DNA from: Cyanophora paradoxa CCMP329 | Taxonomy: Eukaryota; Plantae; Glaucophyta | Assembly: GCA_004431415.1 (NCBI GenBank) | Contig: QPMI01000263.1 | Location: 48,156-112,155, forward strand | Reading direction: 5' to 3' | DNA: 64,000 bases | Shown: positions 1 through 12,683 of the stretch, piece by piece | Layout: every line of letters begins with the position of its first letter | How positions within the stretch are numbered: the stretch's first letter is position 1 | Position numbers and translations under genes: made by a program | Notes under the pieces: model-generated | Seen by the model: only the letters and a program-made list of their open reading frames with translations | The model's database searches: none | What the model was told of the DNA's origin: nothing

Positions 1-97
1 CACAGCTGCGCAGCTAGCGGTTTGTATAGCATTGTGAGGCAGGACAGCAGCGGCAATAGCGCGAGGCCTCGGCGCCCCGACGCAGCGACGCGGCGAA

Positions 98-3000
98 ATG
101 CCGATCGCACGGATCACGCAGGAGCTCATTGAGGAGATCCTGCAGCGGACGAAGCGTGACTACGCCGACCTGCACGCGCTCAATCTGTCGAACAATGGTG
201 CGGGCCGCGGCTAGCGAGATCTAGACCACCGCGCTGCGGACAGCGCGAGACGGGCTCCGCAGAGATCGAGGTGATCGAGAACCTCGGGCGGCTGACGCGG
301 CTGGCGCGGCTGAACCTCTCGAACAACCGCATCGAGCGGATTGACGGGCTCGAGACGCTCGGCGCCCTCGTGGAGCTCAACCTGTCCAAGAACCGGATGT
401 GCGCCCACCGTATCCCGCCCGGCATCGCCCGGCGGCGCGGGGCCGAGGGCGGGGCCGGCCGGCAGCTCGCGGCTGGACGGGCTGGAGGCGGCGCGGGCGC
501 TGGAGCTGCTGGACCTGTCGCAGAACCGCGTGGCGGACGTGGCGGAGCTCGACCTCGTCGCCCGCCTCCCCGCCCTCCGCCACCTCACCCTCGCCGGCAA
601 CCCCGTCTGCTCCCTCCGGTGCCCCCTGCCCCTGCCCGCCCCCGCCCCGCGGGGCCCGACGTGGCGCGCGGGCGGCAGGGAGTACCGCGTGGAGGCGCTG
701 CGGCGAATGCCGGCGCTGCAGTCGCTGGACGGGGCGGAGGTCTCCGCCGAGGAGCGCGCCTACGTCCGCGTCCTCGCCGCCGACGCCGGGTGCGCCGCCT
801 CCGCGCCCCGGCCCGCGCCCCCGCCCCCCTCACGCCCCGATTCAGCCGCAGCTCGCCGCCGCCCCCGCCGCCCAGCCGCCCGCCTACGCCCCGCTCTCCT
901 ATACCTCCCCGGCCGCCCGGCGTCCCACTACGCCCCCGGCCCCTCCGCGCCCCCGCCGCGCCGCCGCACCGGCGGCGGGTACAGGTCGGCGTCGCCGCCG
1001 GCGCCGCTGCCGCCGGAGCTGCCGGCGGGGTGCCGCCGACGCGGGAGGGGCGCCTGGAAGCGCTGCTGGCGCTGGAGCGCGACCGCAGCGCCGACGCCTC
1101 CGCCCAGCTCCGCCTCGCCCGGTGCGCCGCCCGCCCCTCCCGGAGCCCTCCGCGCCGGCGCGAGGCGCTGCGGGGCAGGGCGGAGGCGGAGCGGCTGCAG
1201 GGGGAGCTGCAGGAGCGCGAGGCGGCTTTCCAAGAGCGCGCCGACGCCCTGGCGCGCCCCTCCCCTCCCCGCCCCGCCGTCGCGGGCGGCGCTGAGGGGC
1301 GAGCAGGTGCAGGAGGGCCGGGGCCGGATCGAGCGGGCCGAGGCGGCGTACGCGGCCCTCCGCGCCGAGCTCGATCGCGAGCGCGCCCTCTCCCGCCAGG
1401 CCCGCCCCCGCCCCCGCCCCGCCCCCGCGCTCCTCCTTGCAGCAGGCGAGCCCCGCCGCAGCTGCGCGCCTACGTGGGCGACCAGGCCGCCGCGGGGCAG
1501 GCGGCGGGGCCGCCCCGGCGCCCCCGGGCCCGCCCAGGCCGGCCGATGTGCTGGAGGAGGAGAACGAGGCGCTGCGGAGCCAGCTGGACCTGCTCAAGGC
1601 GCGCCGGACCGCCTTGCGCTCCGCGAGCGTGGGGCGAGCGGGGGCGCAGGTGCAGGCGGAGAGCCTGCAGAACGTGATGGCGATCCTGGAGGCGGAGATG
1701 GCGGCGGCGAAGGGCCGCGGGCCGGGGGCGCGCCGCGCGCTGGAGGAGCGGGTGGCGGGGCGGTGGCGCGAGAAGGTCTTCCAGCTGCTCGTGCGGGAGA
1801 AGCAGGAGCGCCTCCGCCGCGACGACGAGCGCCGCCGCTTCGACGACGAGGCGCCGCCCCGCCGGCCCCGCCGCCCCGCCAACCGCCCCGCCTGACGCGC
1901 GGCGCCGGCCAGATCGCGGCGCGGGACGAGGCGGTGCGGGAGCTCGAGACGGAGATCCGCGTGCTGCGGGAGAAGGGCGAGGCGGCGCGGGCGGCGGCGC
2001 AGGCGGAGGCGGCGGCGCTGCAGGCGGCGCGGGCGGCGGCGGCGCGGGCGGAGGCGAGGGAGAAGGAGCTCGCGGCCCGCTGGCGGGAGCAGGCGATGCA
2101 GACGAGCCGCCTCGCCGAGACCGTCCACGCGTCCGCCCCGCCCCCCGCCGCCTTCGCCGGCGCCGCTCGAGCCGGGCGGGGCGGGGCTTGCGCAGGCTGC
2201 ACGGGCAGATCCTGCACTTCGACGCGGCGATGCAGGCGGGGGAGCGGCGCGTGGCGGGGCTCTCGCAGCGGGTGGCCTTCGCGGCGGGGCGCCTGCCCGT
2301 CCTCTCGGCCATGCTCGAGGCGCGGGACCGGCAGTGGCGCGGGCGCGCGCACGCCCTCCAGGACCAGCTCCGCGCCGTCCTCGACCGAGTGCGTTCGGGC
2401 CCCGCCACGGCCGGCCCCCGCCCCTCACTGAAGCCCCGGCAGCGGCGCGCCGAGGGCGGCGACACGGCGTCGAGCTCGGGCCTCGGCACCGATCGGAGCT
2501 ACCTCGAGCAGCCGCCCCGGACCTCCTGGTGCGCCCCCGCCGCCCACCGCCGGCCGCCGCCGGCCGCCGCCCGCCGGCGCCAGCCGTGAGCGGGGCGCCA
2601 GGCGGGCGCTGCTCGACGGCCCGAGCGACGCGGCGACGCTGCGGCGGGAGCTGGAGCTCATGGCCGAGGTCCGCGCCCCCGCCGCGCGGGGCCCCGGGCG
2701 GCGCGCGACGCCGGGCGGGTGGGCGCAGGAGCGGGACGCGCTGGCGCGGCTGGCGCGGCAGGCGGCGGACGACGAGGCGCGCCGCGTCGCCACCGCCCGC
2801 GGCGAGCGTGCGCCAGCGCCCCCCGCCGCCCGCGCCTCGCCTGCTCTGCGGGCGACGGGGCGACGGGGCGGCAGGGGAGGGGGAGGTGCGGGCCTGCGGG
2901 AGCGGCTGGCGGAGGCGGAGCGGGAGCTCTCGGACACGCGCGCCGCCCTCCACGCCGAGCGCGAGGCCCGCCCCGCCCCACCCCGCCCCGCGCGGCCCGC

Positions 3001-4254
3001 TGAGGGCGGGGGGCAGCGGACGGCGGCGCTGGACGTGCGGCTCTCGCGGACGGCGGAGGAGGCGGCGGAGCGCGACCGCGAGGCGCGCGCCCTCCGCCGC
3101 GAGGCCGACGAGGCCCGCCGCGCATCCTCCCGCGGTCCGCACGCACGCCTGCCGCCAGGCCCGCGGCCGGGCGCCGAGCGAGCGGCGCGCAGCGACGTCG
3201 GAGGAGGTGGAGCGGGCGGAGGCGGAGGCGGCGCGCCTGCAGCGCGAGCTCGCCGCCTCCCGCCGCGACCTCGCCAAGACGCGTGCGGCTCCGCTCCGCT
3301 CCGCCCCGCCCCGCCCCGCCCGCTGCGGCTGACGGCTCCGCAGAGGCGGCGCTGAAGGCGCTGGAGCGGCAGGTCGCCCGCGAGCGGCTGCGGACGACCC
3401 GCGAGGACCGCGCCCGCGTGCGGCCCCGCCCCGCCCCGCCCCGCCCCGCCCCGCGGCGCGCGCCCGCGCGCCTCACGGGCTGCGGCAGCTGGAGGAGCTC
3501 GAGCGGCAGCTGGAGGCGAAGGAGGCGCAGCTGCACGCCGCCCGCCGCGAGCGCAACGCGCTCCTCAGCGCCGCCCGCAAGCAGGAGCTCGGGGCGCTCG
3601 GCAGCCCCGGCCCCGCCCCGCGCCGCGCCTCCTCCGGGCCCCGCTCGCGAGTGCGCCGCCCCCGACTCCCTCCGCCCCGCCCCGCGCCGACGCCACCGCC
3701 GCAGAGTGCATCTCCGCAACGGGGCGGGGCGCGGGGCGGGGCGCGGGGCCGGGGCGGCCCCGGGGCGATCCCGGAGCGCTGGGCGCGGCTGCTGGACCCG
3801 GAGGGGTACGAGGAGCGGCGGCGGGAGGAGGAGCGGGGCCGGAGCGGGCGCGGGCGCGGCGGGTCTCGCGCTCGGGGTCGCCGCCGGGGCGGGGGCGGGA
3901 GCGCGGGCTCGAGCGACTCGTCGAGCGGGGAGGAGGCGCTCGTGGCGCAGGCCGGCCTCCTCCGCGCCGCCCCGGCCCCGCCCGCCGGCCCCCGCCCCCG
4001 CGTGCCCCCTCCCCCTCCACCACCACCGCCAGCGAGCCGCCCCTGACCCCGAGGAGGCCCTCCTCGCCCGCGGCCGCGCCCTCGCCGCCCGCGGCCTCGC
4101 CGCCCGCGCCCCTCGAGCAGGTGCCGCCCCCGGCCCCACGGGCCCCGCCCCGCCCGCCACACGCGGGGCCGACGCCTGGCCGCGCGCAGACCAGGGCTAC
4201 GCGAGCCGGCTCTCTGAGGCCACGCGGGTGGCGCTCGGCGAGCGCTTCCGGTGA
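98..4254 (+). CDS. Multi-exon protein: N-terminal SDS22-type leucine-rich repeats plus CCHCR1(HCR)-like coiled-coil region; probably centrosomal or basal-body associated
   Basis: The spliced read from ATG 98 gives LRRs (LNLSNNRIERIDGLETLGALVELNLSKNRI, LTLAGNPV, LQSLDG cap). Later exons give RWREKVFQLLV, LSQRVAFAAGRL and RRERNALLSAARKQE, which resemble CCHCR1 motifs as I recall them. Exon borders are approximate in places. Confidence 0.7.
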
Positions 4255-4640
4255 GGCCAGAATGTAGACAGCGGTTCTTTGAAACACAAGCAGACGGGCC
4301 CGCCAAGAGGGCGGCCCCTACCTATACAGCGCGAGCGCGTCGCGAGGCTGCAATACTATACACGAGAAGCGATGCCACTGATTGCGAAAACGGAGGCTGG
4401 CTTTGAAAACAGGCCGCCGACGCCGGGGCCGGAGGGGGTAGCCACATAACCGGAGACAGGCCGCAGGAATGGGGAGGGGGTAGCCGGCAGGGGACAGCCG
4501 TTACGAGGGTACACCTTCTGACCGCACGGGGCGATACAAGAACATGGTATCGCCGGTGCACGTGATGAGGGGAGAGGGGGGGCGCGAGAAGAAAGGAGAG
4601 AAAAGAGGAGGAGGGCGGGCAGGGAACAAGACGGGCGGGG

Positions 4641-5437
4641 CTAGCCGTTGGCGCTGAACCTCCGCACCATTGTGATTTCGACTTCCTGGGCGGCGCTGGG
4701 CTTGCGCGCCGCCTGCGCAGCGTCGACCATCTCCTGCGTCGTCGGCCTGTGTATGGCGGCGTTGACCTCCCCGTCGGAGAGGACGCGCTCCGGCGACGTG
4801 GGCGAGAGCGGCCGCGTCGGCTGCCACTCCTCTTCGGGCTTGCTGTTCTTGTGCGTTGCCCGCAGGTCTTCCGGCACCGCCATCCACTGCCCACGGTGGT
4901 CGCCTGCGCCGAGAGGGGCGGGTCGGGCGGGGCCCGAGGCGTACGACCGGCCCCCGCGCACTCTTCACTTTGAATTCGTGTCCTGTGTCCCCGTGCGCTC
5001 CTTTCAAGTAGCACATCTCGCAGAGGTCGAAGCGGAAGCACAGCAGACACTTGTACCGCCACCCGACGATCGGCTTCACTCCGCACCAGTTGCAGCGCTG
5101 CGGGCACGGCATGTGGGCCTTCCGAAGCTAAAGAAACACATCGCACGCGCGATCTACCTTTTGCCTGATGCGATTGCCGTGGACGTTGGTCTCGTCTGCG
5201 ATCCATCAGCACACGGAGCTACCCAGCTGCGCGAGATGGCCAAAAGAAGAAGCACTAGCATACCGAACGAGGTCTGCCTCTTAAACTGCCTTGGTAGACG
5301 CTCACGCAGGGCCTCCATTCGCCTGCGAGATGCAAATGATCAAAAGCCGCTCCACAGCTTCGCATGCTGACCAATGACGAAAGTAAACGCTACTGTTTGA
5401 GAATATGGGCCTTGGGCCCACAGGTGATGTCGGCCAT
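4641..5437 (-). CDS. ZZ-type zinc-finger protein (start uncertain)
   Basis: CNWCGVKPIVGWRYKCLLCFRFDLCEMCYLKGAHGDTGH matches the ZZ pattern. The last exon ends at TAG 4641. Joining the upstream exons needs a 30-nt intron or passage through a TAG near 5128. Confidence 0.65.
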
Positions 5438-5944
5438 CTCTACGTTGTCGTGGCCATGTTGTACGCCACTGCTGGATCCAGCGCGATCCAGGTTGCCTAA
5501 GCTTCCTACCCTAACCTGATGCGAGTTCATGTCCGCTGAGAGGCCACTCGATCCTTAGCTGGAGAGCTAGTGGATCGGCAGGTGCTGGTGGTGGTCCGCA
5601 GATCGACGCTGCCAACGCCGCGGAGCTCGTCACCTCGACTTTCCTCAAGCTTTAGGGCTGCTTACTCAACTTGCGAAGTGCGATGAGTGGGATGAATTCG
5701 ACTACCCCTCGTGGTGACTGGGTCACTGGGAGGGAACAGAAGGACTTCGCAGGATCAGATCGACCGGCGGTCATTTTCGGAAGTCGGACCCATCGATATC
5801 GATATCGGAAGTTTTAGGCTCGCAACTGCCGTCACTAAGCCTCTATATCGTAAGCTTACAACCGCAATTTTTCCCTTGAGCTTGCAGCCTAACAGGGAAG
5901 CGCACAGCAGACCGCGGGGCAGGGGCCGCGGTCGAGGGCGCCGC

Positions 5945-8900
5945 TCACTTCTTCGCCTTGCCGCGGCCCTTCTTCGCCGGAGCAGGTGCCGGAGCCGCTG
6001 CCTCCTCCGCTGGCGCCTCCTCCTCCGCCGCCGGCGCCGCGCGCTTCTTCCCGCGCCCGCCGCCAGACGTGGCTGCCGCCTTTCGGCCCCGCTTGCCCTT
6101 CGCCGGGGCCTCCTCCTCCTCCTCCTCGGCCGCCGCCGCCTCGGAGGGAGCCTCGGCGGGCGCGGGGGCGGGCGCCTCGGCGGGCGCCGGCTCCTCGGCC
6201 GCCGTCTCCTCCTCCTTCTTCTCCTCCTCCTCGGTCTCCATGGGCGCCGCCGCCGGCTCCGCCCCGCCGTCCTCGTCGCGCTTCCGCCGCGCGCGCACGC
6301 CGGCCTCGTCGCCGGCGCCGGCCGCGAGCGCCGCCGCCCCGAGGGCGCCGGGGCCGCCTCCGCCGCCACCGCCTCCGCGCTGATGGGCTTCGGGATCGCT
6401 GCGGGGCGGCGGCGTCAGGGCGAGGGGGGCCCGCGGCGGGGGCGCCCGGCGGGCCTGCGGTGGAGACGCGGGCGATCTCCTCGGCGATGAGGGCGCTGGT
6501 GCCGGCCTCCTCCGCCGCCTGCTGCTTCCGGATCTCCGCCAGCTGCTTCCCGAACTCCGCCTGCATGCTCTGCGCCTGCGCGGGGGTCAGGCCGGCCGGC
6601 CGGGCGGGGGGCCGGGGCGGGGCGCGCCTCCTGGAAGGTTTGGACGCTCTTGTTGTAGACGAGGACGGACATCTCGTGGACGTCGGCCACCTCCTGCACC
6701 TGCGCCGCCCCCGCCCCGCTCGGCCCCGCCCCCGAGGGGGCCGGCGGGGCGCGGCCGCACCGCGTCCGGGGCCGGCTTGGTGGAGATCTCGCGGGTGGCG
6801 GGGAAGCGCTCCGAGGGGACGAGCTGCAGCTTCGTCGGGCGCGCCAGCATCTGGCTCAGCGCCGGTGCCAGCTCGTAGCTCTGCGGGCCGGGCGCGCGCT
6901 CAGGGCGGGACTTGGGTGCGGGCCGAGAGGGGCGGGGCGGGGCGGGGGGGCGGGCCTGCTCGAAGAGGGACTTGCGGCAGAAGATGTAGAGGCCGAGGCG
7001 GGCGCGGGAGAGGGCCACCACCAGGCGCCGCACGTCCCTGCGCCGGCCCGGGCCGGGCCCGCACGTCAGCCCAGCCCCCGCCGCGCGGCACCGCACAGCG
7101 CCCGCGCACCGGATGTGCCCGATCGCGCGCGTGCGGACGAGCGAGAGGAGCACGTCTGCGGGGCGCGTGAGGCGCGCCGGGGGGCAGGGGGGCGGGGCGG
7201 GCGGACAGTCGTTCTGCTGGCCCTGGTACTTGTCGACGGTGGAGATGCACGCCGGCTGCCCGAAGAACGGGTTCCACGCGCACCGCTGCGGCGCTCTGTC
7301 AGGGCGGCGTGGGGGAGGGGCGGGGCGGGGCGGGCGGGGCGGGGCGGGCCTGGGCGATGACGTCCTTGAGGAGGTGCTTCTGGCCGTTGTACGTCGTCAA
7401 GATGCTGATCCGCGACGCCGGGTACCTGCGCAGCGCGTCAGGCGGGGCCGGGGCCGGGGGTGGGGGCGGGCGGGAGCGGCGGGGCGGGGGCGGACCCGAG
7501 GAGGCGCATGTACTGGTAGACGGCGACGATATACTCGGCCTCGGCGAGGTTCTGGTAGAAGAAGGGGGTCGGGTCCGACTCGCCGACGCCGTTCAGGGGG
7601 CCCACGTCGATGAGCTGGAAATCGTGCGCGAAGCTGCCGCCCCCGCGTGAGGGGCGGGCGGGGGCGGGGCGGGGCGGGGGGCGGGGGGCACCCGGCGTTG
7701 GCGAGGCGGTACTGGGAGTCGGAGTGGACGTTGGGGAGGTTGCCGAGGAACTTGTAGCGCCAGGAGTAGAGGTCGGCGATGCTCGGGCGGGCGCGCCCCT
7801 GCAGGTTGAGGTTCACCGTCGGCACCCCGAGGCGCACGAAGCGGGAGAAGAGGGACTGGTCGAGGTGGGAGTACTTGGCGAAGGCCAGGTTCTTGATGAC
7901 GGGCGGCAGCTGGTGGTGGTCCCCGATGAGAACCACCCGCTTCAGCCGGCACTGCCCGTCCTGCTGGTTCTGCAGCAGCAGCGGGATGAACGTCTCGATC
8001 TCCATGATCTGGGCCGACTCCTCCATCAGCACGTTGTCGTACTGCGCGCCCGGCGTCAGCGGTGGGGGCGCGCGCAGGGCGGGGCGGGGCGGGGCGAAAG
8101 GCGCCTTGAAGCCCATGTTGACGAAGTCGCGGCGCTTGAGGGCGGCGTGCGTGCAGGTCATGGCGATGATCTTGGCCTGCTTGGAGATGAGGTAGTTGCC
8201 GCGGTCGCGCATGTTGCGCAGCAGCTCGAACGGCCGGCACATCTCCAGCTCCTCGAAGATCTGCGCCCCGCCGCCGTCAGCCACGCCCCCGCCGCCGCGG
8301 CGCGCCGTGCGCCGGCGGCTTGCCTTGCGGATGTGCTTCATGCAGCCGTCGGCGGTGCGGAGGTCGCCCTCGTAGCTCTGGCCCTTGAAGAGGGGCTGGG
8401 GGGCGGTGCGGAAGAAGCGGGTGAAGGGGAAGAGCTCCTGGAGCTTGGCCGGCGTGCGCTCGGCATCAGGGAGGCGGGCGAGCTTGAGCTGGAAGAGCTC
8501 CCAGCGGGCCACGACGTGGAAGAGGTAGAAGTGCTGCGCCGCCTCAGCGGCAGGGGCGCGGGGGCCGGGGCGGGGGCGCGGGCGGGCGCGCCTGGGCGGT
8601 CTCGCAGGTGTAGGCGGCGTCGTCGGAGAGTTCGAGGCTGCGGGCGAGGCGGCCCACCTCGTCGAGGAACTCGAGCCGCCGCGCCTGCCCCGCACATGCC
8701 GCTCGGCACCGCGCCGCGGCGGGGGCGGGGGCGGGGGCGGGCGCACGAGCATGTAGTTGACGCGGCCGGCGCGGGAGAAGTCCTTGTCGGTGGCGAGCTC
8801 CTCCTCGCCGGCGCCGAGGCGCAGCAGGTGGATCTCGTTGACGTCCCGCTCCATGATCTTCTCGAAGAGGTCGTTCAGCGCGTTGTTCGAGTGCGTCACG

Positions 8901-11900
8901 ATCAGCGTCCGCTGGTCCGGGAAGTTGTGGTAGATGTTCGAGATGATCTGCGCCCCGCCGGCCCCGCTCAGACGCCGGCGGCCGGGCTGGGGCTCGGGGT
9001 CGGCCGGCTCGCCTGCACGGCAACGTCCGTCTTGCCGGTACCGGGCGGCCCGACGACCATCGTCAGCCCGTGGCTCATCCCGCTCTTGATCGCCTCCACT
9101 GCACGCCGCCGCGTCGGGCGGGCGCGGCGGGGGCGGGCGGCGGCGGGAGACGCACGCTGGACGGGGGTGAAGGGGACCTTGTTCTGGCGGGGGATGTCCT
9201 GGGGGTACGGGCCCGGGTCCGGCGGCAGGTACGGCTCCGCCACGATCGGCTGGTCCTTCGCCTCCTGCGGCCCGCCCGCTCGCGCGCCGCCCGGGGAATT
9301 TGAGGGGGGGCGCCGGGGCGGACCTTGTCGGGGAAGGTGACGCGGAAGGGCGGGCGCAGCAGGGCCTTGTCCTCCGTCGAGAACTTCACCTTCTGGTCGG
9401 GGAAGCACGAGACGAGGTGCTCCGGCGACACGAACGTGTCCTGCCGCGCCGCGTCGGGCCCCGGCGGTGCCGCGGGGCGCGGGGCGCCGGCGGGGCGCAC
9501 CTGGAAGTCGAAGGTCTTGACGGGGTTGGGCATGTTGTAGTAGGCGGCGGCGGCGGGGTCGCCGTAGCCTGCGCGCGGGGCGGCTCGGGGAGGGGCGCGG
9601 GAGAGGCCCCGGGGGCAGGCGGACCGAGGAAGACGTCGTGGAGCCACTCGGGGACGACGAAGGGGGCGTTGCAGAGGTCCCGGATCGTCTCCAGCACCGC
9701 CTTGAAGTTGTTCTCCTGCGCGCCCGTCAGCCGCCGGGCGGCAAGGCCGGGGGCGGGGCGGGGGCGGGGCGGGGCGGGCCTTGGGGTTGCGGCGGAGGAC
9801 GATGTTGAAGGTCTTGTAGGGGTCCTCCCCCGTGCGCTTCATGAGGAGCTGGTCAGCCTCGTACTGGGAGGCGTCGAAGGAGACCTTGAGGCGCCGCCAG
9901 TCGCCGATCGCCTCGTGCTCGTGCTGGTCCTTGTGCTCGTCGATCCGCACGTTCTTGCTGTCCAGCACCGCCTCGATCTCGGCGCCGCGCACGTAGACGA
10001 GGCCGTACTGCTGGGGGAAGGGGAGCCAGGTGGGGACGTCCTCGGGGCCGCTGCCGACGGGGTTGGAGGCGCGGATGGTGAGGAGGAAGATGACGTCGTG
10101 CTGCTTGAGGGTGTCCCACTCGCGCCGCACGTGCGGCTTGGCGTTGCGGACGTTGAAGTGGACCTCGCCGCGCACGCGGCTCGGCTTGGTCTCGCCGAGG
10201 CGCGGCTTGCCGATGTCGTTCATGTCGACCTTCTTGATGGGGATGGCCATGCGGGCCCACCCCTCGAACACCGTCTCCCCCTTGAAGGTCCGCTTCGGGT
10301 TCAGCCGCCGCACCACGTCCTCCACGTCCTCCCGGATCTCGTACCTGCCCCGCGCCCCGCCCCCGCTCGGCCCCGCGCCCCCGCGCCCCGCCCCGCGAGC
10401 GCCCCCGCCGCGCACGTCGACTCGAGGCGGAAGAGGTTGAAGTTGCGGAGGAGGTAGTCGTGGAAGGTCAGGAACTGCAGGTTCAGCTTCGGCAGCGCCT
10501 GCGCCCGGCCCCGCGTCGGCGGCCCGCCGTGCGCGGGGGCGGGGGCGGGGGCGGGGGCGGGGAAGGGCACCAGGCAGGTCTCGCCGGTGTAGGAGCCCGT
10601 GGGGACGAGGTTCTCGTCGAAGAGGACCTCCTGCGGGGCCGTTAGGCCAGGCACACGGGCAGCGCGGGGGCAGCCGGCGGGCCTCGGTGGGGTACAGCGG
10701 GATGGCGTTCATCTGCTCCAGCTGCAGCCGCCGCTTCTCGTGCGTCAGGACGAGCAGCTCGAGCATCAGCTCCCGGCTCTCCGTCGGCTTCTCCGCCTGC
10801 GCGGGGGTCGGCGGGGCGGGGCGGGCGGGGCGGGGGCGGGGGACCTGGGGCAGGAGCTTGAGGCGCCAGCAGAGCTCGAAGAGCTTCTCGTCGGTGAGGA
10901 GCCCGAGGTGCCGCAGGAGCGCCTCCCGCTGCTCGAAGCGCCCGATCGACGTCATCGCCAGCTCCTTCAGGTCTGCCGCCCCCGTCGCCCCGCGCCCCCA
11001 GAGCGGGGGCCGCCGGGGCGCCCGCACCGCCGAGGAAGTACTTGTACGCGATGTTCTGCAGCGTGGAGAGGCGCGTCGTGTGGATCGCCACGAGCTCGTC
11101 CTCCGTCTGCGCGCCCCGCGTCGGCGGCGGCGGGGCGGGGCGGGCGGCGTGCGGGCGGGGGCGGACGAGGAAGGAGCCGGTGTGGTCGTTGATCTCGAAG
11201 CCCTGGTAGAACGCCAGCATGTCCAGCAGCTGCGCGTACAGCCTGCGCGCGCGACGCTCGGCCCCGCCCCGCCCGCCCGCCCGCCCGCCCGCGCGGGTGG
11301 CGCCGGCGTGAGGCGCACCGGCCCTCCGGCATCGTCCGCAGAGGGTGCATGCGGGCCTTGAGGACGATGTGGTGGTCCTGCGCCCGACCCGGAGCGCTCA
11401 GCGCAAGACAGCGGGGGCCCGGGCGCCGGGCCGGACCTCGAGGACGGCGCGGAAGAAGCGGCGAGTCGGGAGCTGGCCCATGAGGTCGACAAGCAGCTCG
11501 AGAGAGCGCTCCAGGAAGAGGACCGTCTCCCGCGAGGCTGGGCGGAGCGTCAGGCGCCGGGGCCGCGGCGGGCCCGGGCGCGACGCACGGGTCTGGTCTC
11601 CCGTGACGCCGGAGAGGGTCGCGAGGAACTCCTTCAGCATTGAAGGAAGGAAGTTGACCTGCGCGGCGGCTTGGCGGGGTGGGGCGGCGCGGCGCAGGCA
11701 GGCCGCGGACCTCGTGGCGCGGGCCGGTCGGCGGGTTCTTCGCCTCCTTCTGCTTGAGGACCTTCCAGTGCTTCTGCAGCTGCGGGTACGCGCTCAGCTC
11801 CTTCTCCAGCTTGCCCGGCGAGAGCGTGTTCCAGATCGGAAGGGAGACGAGTCTGTGGGCGAGGGCGCGGCTCAGCTTCGACGCGGGCCGTGCGAGAGGT

Positions 11901-12635
11901 ACGCGGTGGCGCACTTGAGGCACTCCTTTCGGACCATCTCGTCCTCAAGGCTCTGGAAACAATTGATGAAGAACACGATGTAGGCGGTCCGCTCCGCCAG
12001 ACTCATCTCCTTGTGCTCGTCCCGAAGGCCCAAAGCGCGGTTGAAGAACGCCGAGAACACACCATCTCGCTTGTGGAAGGCGCCTGCACGCACGCACATA
12101 AGGCGCTACTATGAGCGGGGCCCGGGACAAGGGCGATGGGCGGCGCGAGGGGCTAGCTGGAACGAGCCAGGCGGCGGCACGGCCCAGCTCCCTAGCTGCC
12201 GCACTTCGAATGACGGTCAAGGCGGGAGAAACGAACCCCACACGGGCACGTTCTCGCGGAACTTCTCGTTGACCATGACGAGGATCGACATCGTGTGCGC
12301 TACGGACGACGCCTTCGGATCGTAGTGCGGCCACAGATAGCTGCAAGCGCGCGGGGCGTGAGGCCCAGCACGGGCCCGGGGCGGCGGGCGGCGGACCTCT
12401 CAAGGTACGTGCTGAACTCGAGCAGCATCTTGCGCGTGACTGGCATCGAAACGAGGTCCTCATCCTTGTAGATCCGCTCCACCACCTTCTTGTCGAAGGG
12501 CTTCTTCGCGTTCGCGCCGACCCAACTTTCCGACGCGATCTGTGTCAGGGGATCTGCATTGAGCTCCTCGATTGTCGGCGCGTGAACGCCTTTCCTGGGC
12601 TTCGCCTTTCCGGGGGCCTCGTCGCCCCGCGGCAT
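5945..12635 (-). CDS. AQR: Intron-binding spliceosomal RNA helicase Aquarius (IBP160), ~32 introns
   Basis: Exons give [55 protein letters not shown], Walker [63 protein letters not shown] and [14 protein letters not shown], then an acidic/basic low-complexity tail. Confidence 0.96.
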
Positions 12636-12683
12636 CGCTGCTCCGACTGGGTACGCGAACTCAAAACACAACCACCCTGCCCG

